From NCBI GenBank assembly GCA_030704615.1, contig CM060733.1, forward strand, positions 27,094,001-27,158,000: a DNA stretch of 64,000 bases. The letters run 5' to 3'. A model generated the notes under the pieces. That model was given only the letters and a program-made list of their open reading frames with translations. It was not told where the DNA came from and did not search any database. The stretch is from Takakia lepidozioides (taxonomy: Eukaryota; Plantae; Bryophyta). Positions within the stretch are counted from its first letter, which is position 1. Each line of letters starts with the position of its first letter. The position numbers were made by a program, and so were the translations under genes. Shown here piece by piece: positions 26,838 to 37,600 of the stretch.

Positions 26838-29800
26838 CAGGGAGTGTTCAGCAGTATGGCTGAACGAGATGTGGTATCGTGGAGTGCGATGATTGCAGGA
26901 TATGCACAGCAAGGGCGCGGAATGGAGGCTTTGCAGACATATGAGCACCTTCTTCAACACATTTCAGCCTGTTTTCCCTGTTATCAGGATTCAGAGTCAT
27001 CCCTAAATTTTCAGGTTGAATTCTGCAAGTTAGCTCGACGTTGGTGCAAAAAGGTGAATGCCTGTTGGAAGCGCAAGTCAGCATAAGAACTAGTGTGAGA
27101 AGTAGGGTTAGGGTGTTTGGTGGAACAAATCTAGGCTGTCATTGTCAGCTGCTAGCAGCAAAGCAAGGAGGTATTATGCATGATTTGTGCAGAGGTATGG
27201 ATAGCCGAAGGAGCAGGGATAGAGTGTGGGTCCAGATTTATCCAAGAGGGCCGGATTTCAAGCTCCAAATTACCTATGAATCCCTGTGGAATGATAGCTA
27301 CAAGAAACCTGCATGCGTAGATGGTCAACTGGAAGCCGCAACAGCAGCAGCGGCGGCACAATTGATAAAATTCAGGCACTGCTACTCAAGGCACCTTCTT
27401 CAACACATTTCACCCTGTTTTTTCCTCTTATCAGAACCGGCCCTAAATGTCTCGTAAGGCCTTCGGCAGATAGGTTGAACAGAGTTGCGTGGTTTACTTT
27501 TTCAACTTGATTTTCAGATCTTAGGGCATGCGAGAGACAGTGTCAACAATCAATCATTCTTCCTGCAAAGTCTTGGTCTGCACAATCTGAGACTTGAGAT
27601 CCTCCACAAAGGCCAGCAAGGATCCACCCTCTGCCATATCCTCATGAGCACAATATTTGAGCTTCCCTACCCTGGTTCGAATTGCCATGCCCTCCTCCCC
27701 TGTCATTAGCTCCCTGATGTGTGCATGATTTGTGCAGAGGCAGAGATAGCTGAAGGAGCAGGGATAGAGAGTAGGTCTAGATTCATCCAAAAGGGCCAGA
27801 TTTCAAGCACAAGATTACTTATGATTTCCTGCAGATCAATAGCTACAAGAAACCTGCATGGGTAGATGGTCAACTGTCATGCTGCAACAGCAGCGACACA
27901 ACTGATAAAATCAGGCACTGGTAATCAAGGCACCTTCTTCACATTCACCCTGTTTTTCCCTCTTATCAGACTCGGCCCTGAATTTCCATGTTGAATTCTG
28001 CAAGTTAGCTGGTTGAGTGAATGTAGTTTGGAGTGACTTTGACATGATACTGCCACTGTGACAACAAGAAAGTATCCAAAAATACGGAACAGAGATGTGG
28101 AGAAGCTGTGGAATGAATACTTTTCTGACCCCAGTCAATGGTGGGACACCAGGCAAAAAGGTGAATGCTTGTTAGATTACAGGAGAGTAGCAGACGCAAT
28201 TCAGTATAGGAACTAGTGTAATAAGCTGAGTTGGGTGTTTCCTAGAACAAGTCTAGGCTGTCATTATCAGCTGCAAGGCAAGGATGTATGCATCATTTGT
28301 GCAGAGGCATGGATAGCTGAAGGAACGGGGATAGAGTGTGGGTCCAGATTCATCCAAGAGGGCTGGACTGCAAGCTCCAGATTACCTTGATTTCAGGTGG
28401 ATCAGTAGCTACAAGAAACCTGCATGTGTAGATGGTCAACTAAAGGCAGCAGCTGCAGACGTGGCACAGTTGATAAAATCAGGCACCTCAACCATGACCA
28501 CAGCTGTTGAAATTAGAGGATCAAGAGAGGGAGTCCACAATGCCTCTTCTGGCACTTCTGGGCATGTGAAGATACTTTGTGCGGCAGGCAGACTGACAGA
28601 GGCTCTACAGACTCTAAACCAAGGAGGCATTTCAGCAGATTCAGATATGTCTTTCTGTTGCTTAAGTGCATCAAGATGGATGGTCTGGAAGCTGGAAAGC
28701 AGGTGCACACTCACATTATCCAAAGTGGATTCACACCAAATGTTTTTCTACTCAACACCCTTGTCAACATGTATGTTAAGTGCGGGAGCATCATGGATGC
28801 TCACCAAGTGTTCAACAGAATGCCTCAATGATCTTTGATCACGTGGAATATTATGTTGGCAGGATTTACCAAGCATAGGTGTGGTAGGAATGCTTAGGAG
28901 ACCTATGAGCAAATGTTGCGTGAAGGGGTGAAGCCCAACCACATCGCGGTTGTTTGTGTTTGCAATGCGTGTGCAAGCCTGGGAGCTCTGGAAAAGAGGG
29001 AAGAGGTCCATAGTGACATTGTCAAAGCTGGAATTGTACCAGATGTCATCCTGGAAACAGAAGCGGCAGCAGCCCAATTGATAGAACAATTCGCTGAATG
29101 AAGGTACCTACATTTCACCCTGTTTTGCCATGTTATCAAAGTCGTCCCTAATTTCATGTAGAATTCTGCAACTTAGCTCGTTCATGATGTGAGCTGGCAT
29201 GAGTTTTATAAAGATCCTTCACGATGGTGGGACAACCGCAATCACAAGGTGTGGCTTTTCTTAATGCACGATGTGAAGAAGTTTGTCCATCCTGCAAAGG
29301 TGAGTACCATGATTTGGTGTTATTCCTGATGTTTTCTCGGTTCTTGGGAGAGTCAGCTTGGTCTTAGTAGGCCGTGTTTCAATCTTTGCCTGCTCAGCTG
29401 CACCGTAGTGGTTCTCTCAGACCAATCCAACATTACCTGACTACAGACACAAACATCACACACAAGAGGTCATTTTGGGTTGATGCTCGGTCAAATCCTC
29501 CATGGGTCAAGGACAATGTGGTGAGGGCACCTTCTTCCTTGACCTGTTGCAGCCTGTTTTACCCCCTCATCAGACTTGGCCTTGAGATGCATATTGAATT
29601 TTGTAAGTTAGCTCATTGGGTGGATCTGTGGTGGTTTGGAGTGACTTTGAACTAGTTTGATAAGTAGGGTTGGGGTGTTTGCTGGAACAATTCTAGGCTG
29701 TCATTGTCAGCTTCTAGCAGCAAGGCAAGGATGTATGCATGATTTGTGCAGAGGTATGGATAGCTGAAGGGGCAGAGATAGAGTGTGGGTCCAGATTCAT

Positions 29801-31310
29801 CCAAGAGGGCTGGATTTCAAGCTCCAGATTACCTATGATTCCATGTGGATCAATAGCTACAAGAAACCTGCTGCATGGGTAGATGGTCAAGTAAAGGTAG
29901 CAGCTGCAGCGGCACAGTTGATAAAATCAGGCACCTCAACCATGACCTCAGCTTCTGAAAGAGGATCAAGAGAGGGAGTCCACAATGCCTCTTTTGCTGG
30001 GCATGTGAAGATGCTTTGTGAGGCAGGCAGACTGACAGAGGCTCTACAACTTTAAACCAACAAGGCATTTCAGCAGATTCAGATACGTCTGTCTGTCTCT
30101 TGCTTAAGTGCATCAAGATGAAAGGTCTGGAAGCTGGAAACAGGTGCACACTCACATTATCCAGAGTGGATTAACGCCAAATGTTTTTCTACTCAACACA
30201 CCCTTGTCAACATGTATGTTAAATGTGGGAGCATCATGGATGCTCACCAGGTTTTCCACAGAGAGCCTCAATGATCTTGATCACGTGGAATATAATGTTG
30301 GCAGGATTTACCAAGGATGGGTGTAGTAGGAGTGCTTTGGAAACCTATAAGCAACTGCTGCGCGCAGGGTGAAACCCAACCACATCACATTTGTTTGTGT
30401 TTGCCATGCGTGTGCAAGGCTGGGAGCTCTGGAAAAGGGGAAAGAGGTCCATGGTGACATCTTCAAAGCTAGATTTGTACGAGATGTCATTCTGAACACT
30501 GCCCTGGTGGACATGTATGCCAAATGTGGGTGCATTAAGGATGCGAAGGGAGTTTTCAACACCATGGCTGAACGAGATGTGGTGTCATGGAACGTGGGGG
30601 GAATGTGATGCTTGCAGGGTATGCACAACAGGGACATGAGGGAGGCTTTGGAGACCTATGATCAAATATTGATGCGGGAAGGGGTGAAGCCCAACCACAT
30701 CACGTTGCAGCATATTGGTACTTCACAGCCATGGCGGCTCTCTCAGTTCCTCCATTTTTTTTTCTTTTGGTTTTTTTGGCGCTGGGAGAGAGCAGCAGCT
30801 CTGCTGTCTCCTTCCCCTTGCTTATGTCGATCATTAAAGGGGAAATTGTCATTCTGAACTCTGCCTTGGTGGACATGTATGCCAAATACATGGGTGCAGC
30901 AAGCCTGATCTGAAGGGAGAGTTTGACAATATGGCTGAACGAGTTGTGGTATTTTGGAAGTGCCATGATTGCAAGGTATGTGCAGCATGGGTATGGGATT
31001 AAGGCTTTGGAAACATAAGAGCAAATGATGTGGGAAGGGATGAAGCCAGACCAGGCCGCCATGTTCAATTGTTTTTGTAATATGCATATGCGAGCCTAGC
31101 AGCCCTGGGAAGGGGCAAAGAGGTTTATGGTGACATTATCCAAGCTGGAATTGTACCAGATGTCATTCTGAACATTCCCCCGGTGTACATCTACCGCAAA
31201 TGAGAGCCTGGCAGCCCTCAAAAGGGCACAAAGGTCCATGATGACATCGTCAAAGCTAGGGTTGTCACTCTAAACACTGCCTTGGTGAATATGTATGTCA
31301 AGGCAGCCCT
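26838..31310 (+). pseudogene. Rearranged mosaic of an OSB-type PDF-motif / PLS-class PPR gene, with many frameshifts and stops
   Basis: PPR motifs include VFSSMAERDVVSWSAMIAGYAQQG, GKQVHTHIIQSGFTPNVFLLNTLVNMYVKCG and EGVKPNHITFVCV...ALVDMYAKCG. PDF-motif exons include IHPKGPDFKHKITYD...KKPAWVDGQL (27781-27876), LWNEYFSDPSQWWDTR (28094-28160) and WHEFYKDPSRWWDNRNHK|TNPTLPDYRHK (29195-29248|29421-). Repeated intron copies lie between them. No DYW domain was seen. Confidence 0.85.
27450..27722 (-). pseudogene. Captured 3' end of a family-1 UDP-glycosyltransferase (C-terminal helix, stop codon and probable 3' UTR)
   Basis: IRELMTGEEGMAIRTRVGKLKYCAHEDMAEGGSLLAFVEDLK matches the plant UGT C-terminal pattern (VRELM.GEEG..MR.R...LK..A..A..EGGSS....FV.DL). 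TGA at 27554. Inverted relative to the surrounding PPR pieces. Confidence 0.8.
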
Positions 31311-33959
31311 GGAAGTGGATGTCACTTTGGGTGACAAGGTAGCTGGCACCACCATTCTCTGGAACTACCTGAATTCATTCTCAAAATGATTTCTAATGTT
31401 CTCTTGACATGTCCACAATAGTGCTGGACCTAGCTGCACAGCAGATTATCCTTACTCAATGACTTCAGTTGGGCAGTGATCTATGGATATGGCAACATGG
31501 CCCTCATGTTGGTCATTTGTAGATTGTGGCCAAAACTTCTTGCTATAAACCAGTTTTGAGTCATCCAAATGTTTTTGGTTCCGACCTGTATTTGTATTCT
31601 ATGTTTTGTTGTATTTGTAATATATTTTCAATGCAATGCAGCGAATCAAAAAATTTAAATACAATATCCACTAATTCACATACGTACAGATATAAACTAA
31701 AAGTAAATGAAAAAAACGAAATAACAGTAATAAACAAAAAAAAACAAATATTAAATAAAAAGCCTCCCAATTCATATATATATTGTGTATATATGTATGT
31801 ATGTATTTTTATTTGTATATGTTTATATGTATATACACCTCCAGAGTGAAACCTATTTATTAAAATGTGTCCTCTTTTACTGCTTCACAGTAGAATATTA
31901 CACTATACAGAGTCAAGCAAACTCACTATCACTGATTCACAGTCAAACCGTATGCTAAACATCATGGAACATAGTCAATATGTTCCACTTCAGTTAAACC
32001 ACTTTACTACACGTCATGCATCCATGTCACTCTGCCCTTAAGCCACTCACTACACGTCATGCATCCACCTTATAATTCAGTTAAACCACTTTACTACACG
32101 TCATAGTCACGTCGCATTCACGTCATACTGTGCTGCCTACACGTCACCCCCTAGATTTTACTGTCACATTTCACTATCAGAACCTGGCATCTGGATTCGA
32201 CTGCTTGACTGAAACGACTTGACCTTTGTCACGCATGTGCGACTATGGAGGCCGGGAGTAAAAATGTCGCAAACGACTAAAAAATGAGTCAAATACAGAG
32301 TCGAAAAGCCCAGCTTGTATTGTAGTGTCATTACTATAATATCCAAAACATTAACGACCGTCTGGTTGAACTTAGTTTTATATTTGGTCAAATGATCTAC
32401 AATAACCTCCATGCCCACGAGACCGACAGGGTATGTCGTTTTATTTAGCTACGTAGTAGGTGTAATTGATGTGAATAAGTGGAGGAGTGTGTGTTTGGGT
32501 TTCCCAGACTCCTTATTGAGGGTGGAGGTTGATAGGGTGATGTCAACTGATCTATGATGGGCGGGTTCAATGCCGACTCTTGGCTTAATTTAAAGGGGCT
32601 GGTGGAGTGTCGTCTATATTTGCTTTGATTTGTTGTACCCATTACGTCTTGGTCTATTACATTGTTGTGTATGGTACATGTGTGTGCAAGGTTTGCCATG
32701 GAGGAACCTGCCATAATGATGCTGCATTCTACACCATGGAGAGGCTTTACTGGCATTGAATATTGCTGAAGATGTATACATGGAATCATCTTAGCAAGAC
32801 ATGCAACAGTGCATTTCCACACTCTGAAGGCGCTAGAGGAAGCAGTCCAGAACTGCGTCAAGGCACTGCGGATCTTCCCGGAGATTGATCGTCTCTACTG
32901 GAGCAAGCACACACATAAGTTCCAACAGAACCCACAAAGGGCCACAACATATCGGAAGTTTGTCGGAAAGGTGTCCTTGAGTTTATGGTACGATTCAAAT
33001 ACTTGCGATTGCTTGTCTAGAGACTGGCGAAGCTCGGGGAAGATGCACAGTCCCTCGAAGCAGGTTCCGACGGCTTTCTCTAGCCCCTCCAGAGACTGGA
33101 AATGGGCTGTGGCATCTCTTGCGAGGAGGCAAATCCTGGTCAATGCCAGGTATTTCTTACGAGGAAACTCCAAAGCCGAGGCCCCCTTTTGCAAGATAAT
33201 ACAGAACATCTGTTAGTGTCCGCCGCAAAGCCCCAAACTCTCCAACTTTGTTTCTGGAGAAGAGAAGAGGTAGACGCTCAAGGCAATTGAAGCTGGCTTG
33301 TTTGTTTTTTGTGTTAACTAAGTGTCCGGGGGTGTTGATGACGGTAATGGACTCAAGCAAGCCAAACACTGTATTGGCTAAAAGTGTACTTGGGGATATA
33401 AAAGTGTACTTTTGCATAAACAATAGGTTGTTGGATTTTACAATAGGGTGGTGTTAACTTATGCAACATGTTATTTTTCAAACATGATGTGTTAAAATAT
33501 TTCTCCTATCATATAATCATCAAATGTGTGAATGTCGAAATGTGAATATGTGAAATGACTATGAATACACATTTGATAACATATATCCATTCTCCATATT
33601 CATCCATTCATCCATATATATAACATAAAATAACTAAAATATAGATTTATTCATCCATTAAAATAACTAGATTATACATTTATTCATCCATATATATATG
33701 ATAAAATAAATAAAATATACATTCATTCAAATTAATTGTGATGAATCAAAATAAAGTAGCATACAAAGTGAAATACGCAAACAAAAGTCATATATTGAAT
33801 CATTGAATTTTACATTACAATATGCTTTTGGTTTGGAATGTATATGAGCAAAATCATTACGCTAAATAATCCTATTCGTGTTCATCAACATCACCAATAT
33901 CTTGAACACATGAAACCATGAGGCTCATGTAATTGTTGAAATGTACGTATAATTTGCGA

Positions 33960-34600
33960 GGGATGGTAATCTCCATTTTGGTTTTTGGTCTTTGAACTAT
34001 CAGTTGTATTGCGCCATGATACAAAAGCACTATCTAATGTCACCATCATCACTAGGAACCCAACCTGTGTATAGACATCTTTCATATCGAGATGTCATTG
34101 CATGTTGTGACTTCATCCACATGCCTTTAGGTACTTTTGGCCAATACCAAAGAATCTTTATTTTGTCATCGTCATGTGTTTGTCTATCCACGCTTAGTAC
34201 TTTTCCGATGGAACTCCAAGTTGAATTTGATCATCCTCAAAATGAACACCAACAAAATGCCTAATCTCAATATCTATTCTTGGATCAAATTCTCATATGT
34301 CCTCTGACAGCTTGAAATTTTTCCCATTTTGATGGGTTTGGATCATAAATGATCATCTTTCCGTGATCATTTCTTCGGTTGTCCACATCTTGTCCCAAAA
34401 TATCCTCGAGGTTCAATGTCAGGCATGATTGGAAGAAGTGTTGTCATTTCCTCCCCGTTTGTATTTGAGCTATTCTGAGCATTATCTATTTCCACATTAT
34501 CAAGCCAAAAAGATGTTGTCTGCATAACATCATCGCGATTTCGTACTGGAAATTACTGTAAACAATCAATTAATTTGAACGTTTCCTCAATCGCATCGAG
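33960..34600 (-). mobile_element. Decayed coding relic, probably transposon-associated
   Basis: Interrupted frames read FVGVHFEDDQIQLGVP..GKVLSVD...KIKILWYWPKVPKG...RYERCLYTGWVPS. It lies in TE-rich surroundings. The family was not confidently recognised. Confidence 0.35.
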
Positions 34601-34973
34601 GTTCGACGTAATATATTGGAGTCATTGTACTTGTTGTTCCTTCAATTGGATAAACTCATGCAATGATTGAATCTCTTGTGGCTCAGCTGCATTGACGGTG
34701 CAAATCCAGGTTTCGTCTTGGGGTTAGGAACAGATTTCAAGAATGGAATACCATCAGTAGGCATCCATTGTGGATCTTGAGCATAATTTTTATGCTGGAT
34801 ATAGTCTAGCCCAACCCAACCTCTGTATCCCTCTTTTGTATGCAAAGCATGGCCGGCTATACAATGGCGCATTGTATTGTTTCTGTGATTTGCTCTTTGC
34901 AGGCGAAACCTCGCTCTGTTGTGTGACTCGAACAAATTATTTGAAATGTTGAAGTTCAAGAGACACTATGTAC

Positions 34974-34985
34974 TGGTATCAGAGC
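34974..34985 (+). mobile_element. tRNA-iMet primer-binding site of an LTR-retrotransposon remnant
   Basis: Exact TGGTATCAGAGC. No clean LTR ...CA end upstream and no intact gag downstream. Confidence 0.55.
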
Positions 34986-35229
34986 AGACGTACTCCCAAT
35001 CGTTATGGCAGCTAACCTCCGGAGGAAGGTAGTGCTGCCATGACAATGCATGATCATGGTCGTAGGGTGAATCTGTTGTACAATTTACAGTCTATGTATT
35101 TAAGTTGTTAGCCATGACTTGTCGGCGATTTCATGCCGAGTCCTGAAAGGGACTACATCCTTCCTACTTATGCCACCCGCCTTGCTTTGGTGTCCATTAG
35201 GACGATCATAGCTATTTTGTTTTTCTAAA

Positions 35230-36265
35230 CTACTTGTGATTGTCAAATTTTGACCATTTGTATTTAATATCAGATGTGACTATCACATTTTGGCGGTCAT
35301 ACCTATTATATAAATTTCTAAACCAGATGTGACTATCGAATACCAAGGGGTCGTACCAATTTGTGCTAAAACAAATTTATATGCGACCTCCAAATTCTGG
35401 TGGTCGTACCAATTGTTCTAAAACAAAAGTTACATTCGACCCTCCAATTCTTGTGGATGTAATTTTTATTTTTTTTGACAATTGGTTGTGAATGGCTAAT
35501 TTTGGCATTCACACATTTTTTTCATTTTAAGTTTAATTTACTGCGACTGTTGTATTCAAGCGTTTGCATGTCTCTCCCCTTCCTCAACTTCCGGCGTCCG
35601 CCGAACTCAAGCGGTTGCATGCTTTTTCCTTCTCTTGAATTTGCTACGACCACTGAATTTTGGTGGTTGTACCAAATTTTTAATTTTATTTAAAAATATA
35701 TATTTGCTATGACAATCAAATTCTAATAGTCACACCAAATGTTTTTTAAGCAATTATATGCGACCTCCAGATTTCTGGTGATCGAACCCTTTTTTTCTAA
35801 AAACAATCTGCTGCGATTGTCAAATTTTGACAATCGGATAAATATTTTTAAAAAATCAAATGGGACCGCTAAACTCTTGCAGTTGCAAATTACATGCAAT
35901 TTCTGAATTTTGGTGGTCGCACGTTTTTTAGTTTCAATTTATATTTTTATATTTTAATTTTCTTTTTTGGTGCTAAATTTGCTGCGACCGCTGAATTATG
36001 GGAGAACATGCAATTTTTTAAATAATAAATTACATATGACCGCCAAATTATAATGATCGTGCGTATCATATATATATATATATATATGACCACCAATTTT
36101 GGCGGCCATATGTATATATTTGTTGGATTATATGCGACAATTTTTGGTGGTCGCACATTTTTTTATTTTTTTGTGAATCAGCTGCGATCGCCGAGTTTTG
36201 ACGATTGGAGCTATTTATTTAATTTTTACTTAGCTGCGACTGTCAATATTGACAATCGCTATCAA
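35230..36265. repeat. Array of more than 10 degenerate ~24-bp palindromes (GCGACCGCCAAATTTTGGCGGTCGC-like), typical of DNA-transposon subterminal repeats
   Basis: Copies near 35383, 35646, 35760, 35813, 35985, 36037, 36087, 36133, 36184 and 36236, separated by AT-rich spacers. Confidence 0.75.
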
Positions 36266-36275
36266 TATGTCAAAG

Positions 36276-36520
36276 TTTTTTTTTTTTGGTAACAGAACAG
36301 GGGATTGTGGCCTTGGAAATTTTATTAAGGTAAGGAAAAAACCTTACAAGAGCCATGAAGGCAGATGAATGAGATACCATTCGTAGCCAAGAGTTCCAAA
36401 AGAGCAAGCAGATAGTAAATGAGAGAGGTGAAAGGATAAAGAGAACAGAAGGAGTAGCACTAAGCTGAGTACCGAGCAGTACTATAGAAAGAGAGCAAGT
36501 TGAGTATAAAGCAACACTAG
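36276..36520 (-). mobile_element. LINE-like 3' end with poly(A) tail; a related 3' end lies at about 37855-38300
   Basis: The minus strand reads TAATAAAA...GGCCAC..CCC...GTTACC followed by a poly(A) run. Shared sequence (gtggcct.g.aa, gccatg.aggc) occurs at 37899-37998. Confidence 0.5.
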
Positions 36521-37339
36521 AGCAGCAACGTGTCTGTGAAGATGATGTGACTAAAGTGACAGTTTTTCATTCTCAAATATATTTATTATTATATGAGCAA
36601 AAAGAACGTGACACAGGTTGCAGCAGGGTCAGGTCTAACGCAACGTGATGTGATGTAATGTACTGACGGAAAGTGACGTGTGCAATCTTCATTATATGGC
36701 TTTCAACCGGACCATCAAATTCGTCAGTTTAAAAGTTCCAGACCAATGTACAACAAATTGAGCCCCCTAAGACATGGCTTTCCTTTGTTATTGATTTTAC
36801 TTGAACTTTCACAAATTATCTATTGTAGCGCTATTGTCTTTTGCTGTCCAAAAAGACAATACGCAGAGATACTACCATGACACAAGCTTGTTGGAAACAA
36901 ACATAGCGTTGTTGCGCATGGTATCTTGGACTGTCCCTATTGTGGTGATTAGGTTTGTGTTTTGGTTGCAGCTAAGTTCCCCCCGTGCATGCTCTTGCTG
37001 TGAAAAGAAATGGATAGGTTTTGACCAGTAATAGCCACCTTTAACATCACTACTACTATGTGCAAAGAGGGTTGGACCCTCCGGCACATGAGTATTTCAG
37101 CGAGGTACAAAATCTGAGTCAGGTACTAGAATCTGAATCCAAACTCTTGAATGTGCAAAAGAGTTGCAGGACGACTTCCATCATGTTTGAAATTCAACTT
37201 GACGAGCTCAATGGGAAGGATGAAGCTCCGACCTTGTTGATTCAAAGAAAACATGGATGTGTTTAGTTAAGGCTCTACCGACTTGGGTAGGACCAGTGTA
37301 CTATCCCATGGTATTGTGGTGGAGGGAGCCTCCCTGAAA

Positions 37340-37490
37340 CATCACCCATCTTTTGAAAATCCCAAGGAGAGGGTGTTCGGAAAGAGGTAGAGAAAACACT
37401 AGATGCTGGTGTTATTAGTCTTTCTATCTCCTCTTAGGCTAGTCCTCTGGTATTGGTAGAGAAAAATGACCATAGTACTCATTTCTGTAT
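37340..37490 (+). mobile_element. Ty3/Gypsy reverse transcriptase N-terminal fragment
   Basis: LDAGVISLSISS*ASPLVLVEKNDHSTHFCI resembles the Gypsy RT start (L..G.I.PS.SPWASP.VLV.KKDG..RFC.D). Confidence 0.7.
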
Positions 37491-37494
37491 AGGG

Positions 37495-37600
37495 GAAGGG
37501 CAGCTGATGAGGCCCTTACATCGTTTGAGAATGTGTGAACGAAGGTGATAATCCGAATTTACGTTCGAAAACAGTGGAAGGGCCTCATCATCTGCCCTTC
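37495..37600. repeat. 106-bp inverted repeat / hairpin
   Basis: GAAGGGCAGCTGATGAGGCCCTT ... AAGGGCCTCATCATCTGCCCTTC pair at 22 of 23 positions, with further imperfect pairing inward. Confidence 0.85.

Larger units (their letters stand above)
25903..32327. mobile_element. Non-autonomous CACTA DNA transposon carrying host gene fragments (Pack-CACTA), 6,425 bp
   Basis: The left end reads CACTACAACACA...TTTCGAC...TTTGAC and the reverse complement of the right end reads CACTACAATACA...TTTCGAC...TTTGAC. The 3-bp TSD is TCA at 25900-25902 and 32328-32330. Subterminal (T)TGACT/AGTCA(A) repeats occur at both ends. No transposase was seen inside. Confidence 0.88.

Noticed and set aside
31290-31390. 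Possible PPR E-domain / DYW end
   Set aside because: Only a faint E-like resemblance, with no HxE...CxxC deaminase signature or DYW terminus.
35230-36265. CRISPR-like repeat-spacer appearance
   Set aside because: Eukaryotic context, degenerate repeats, irregular low-complexity spacers and no cas genes.
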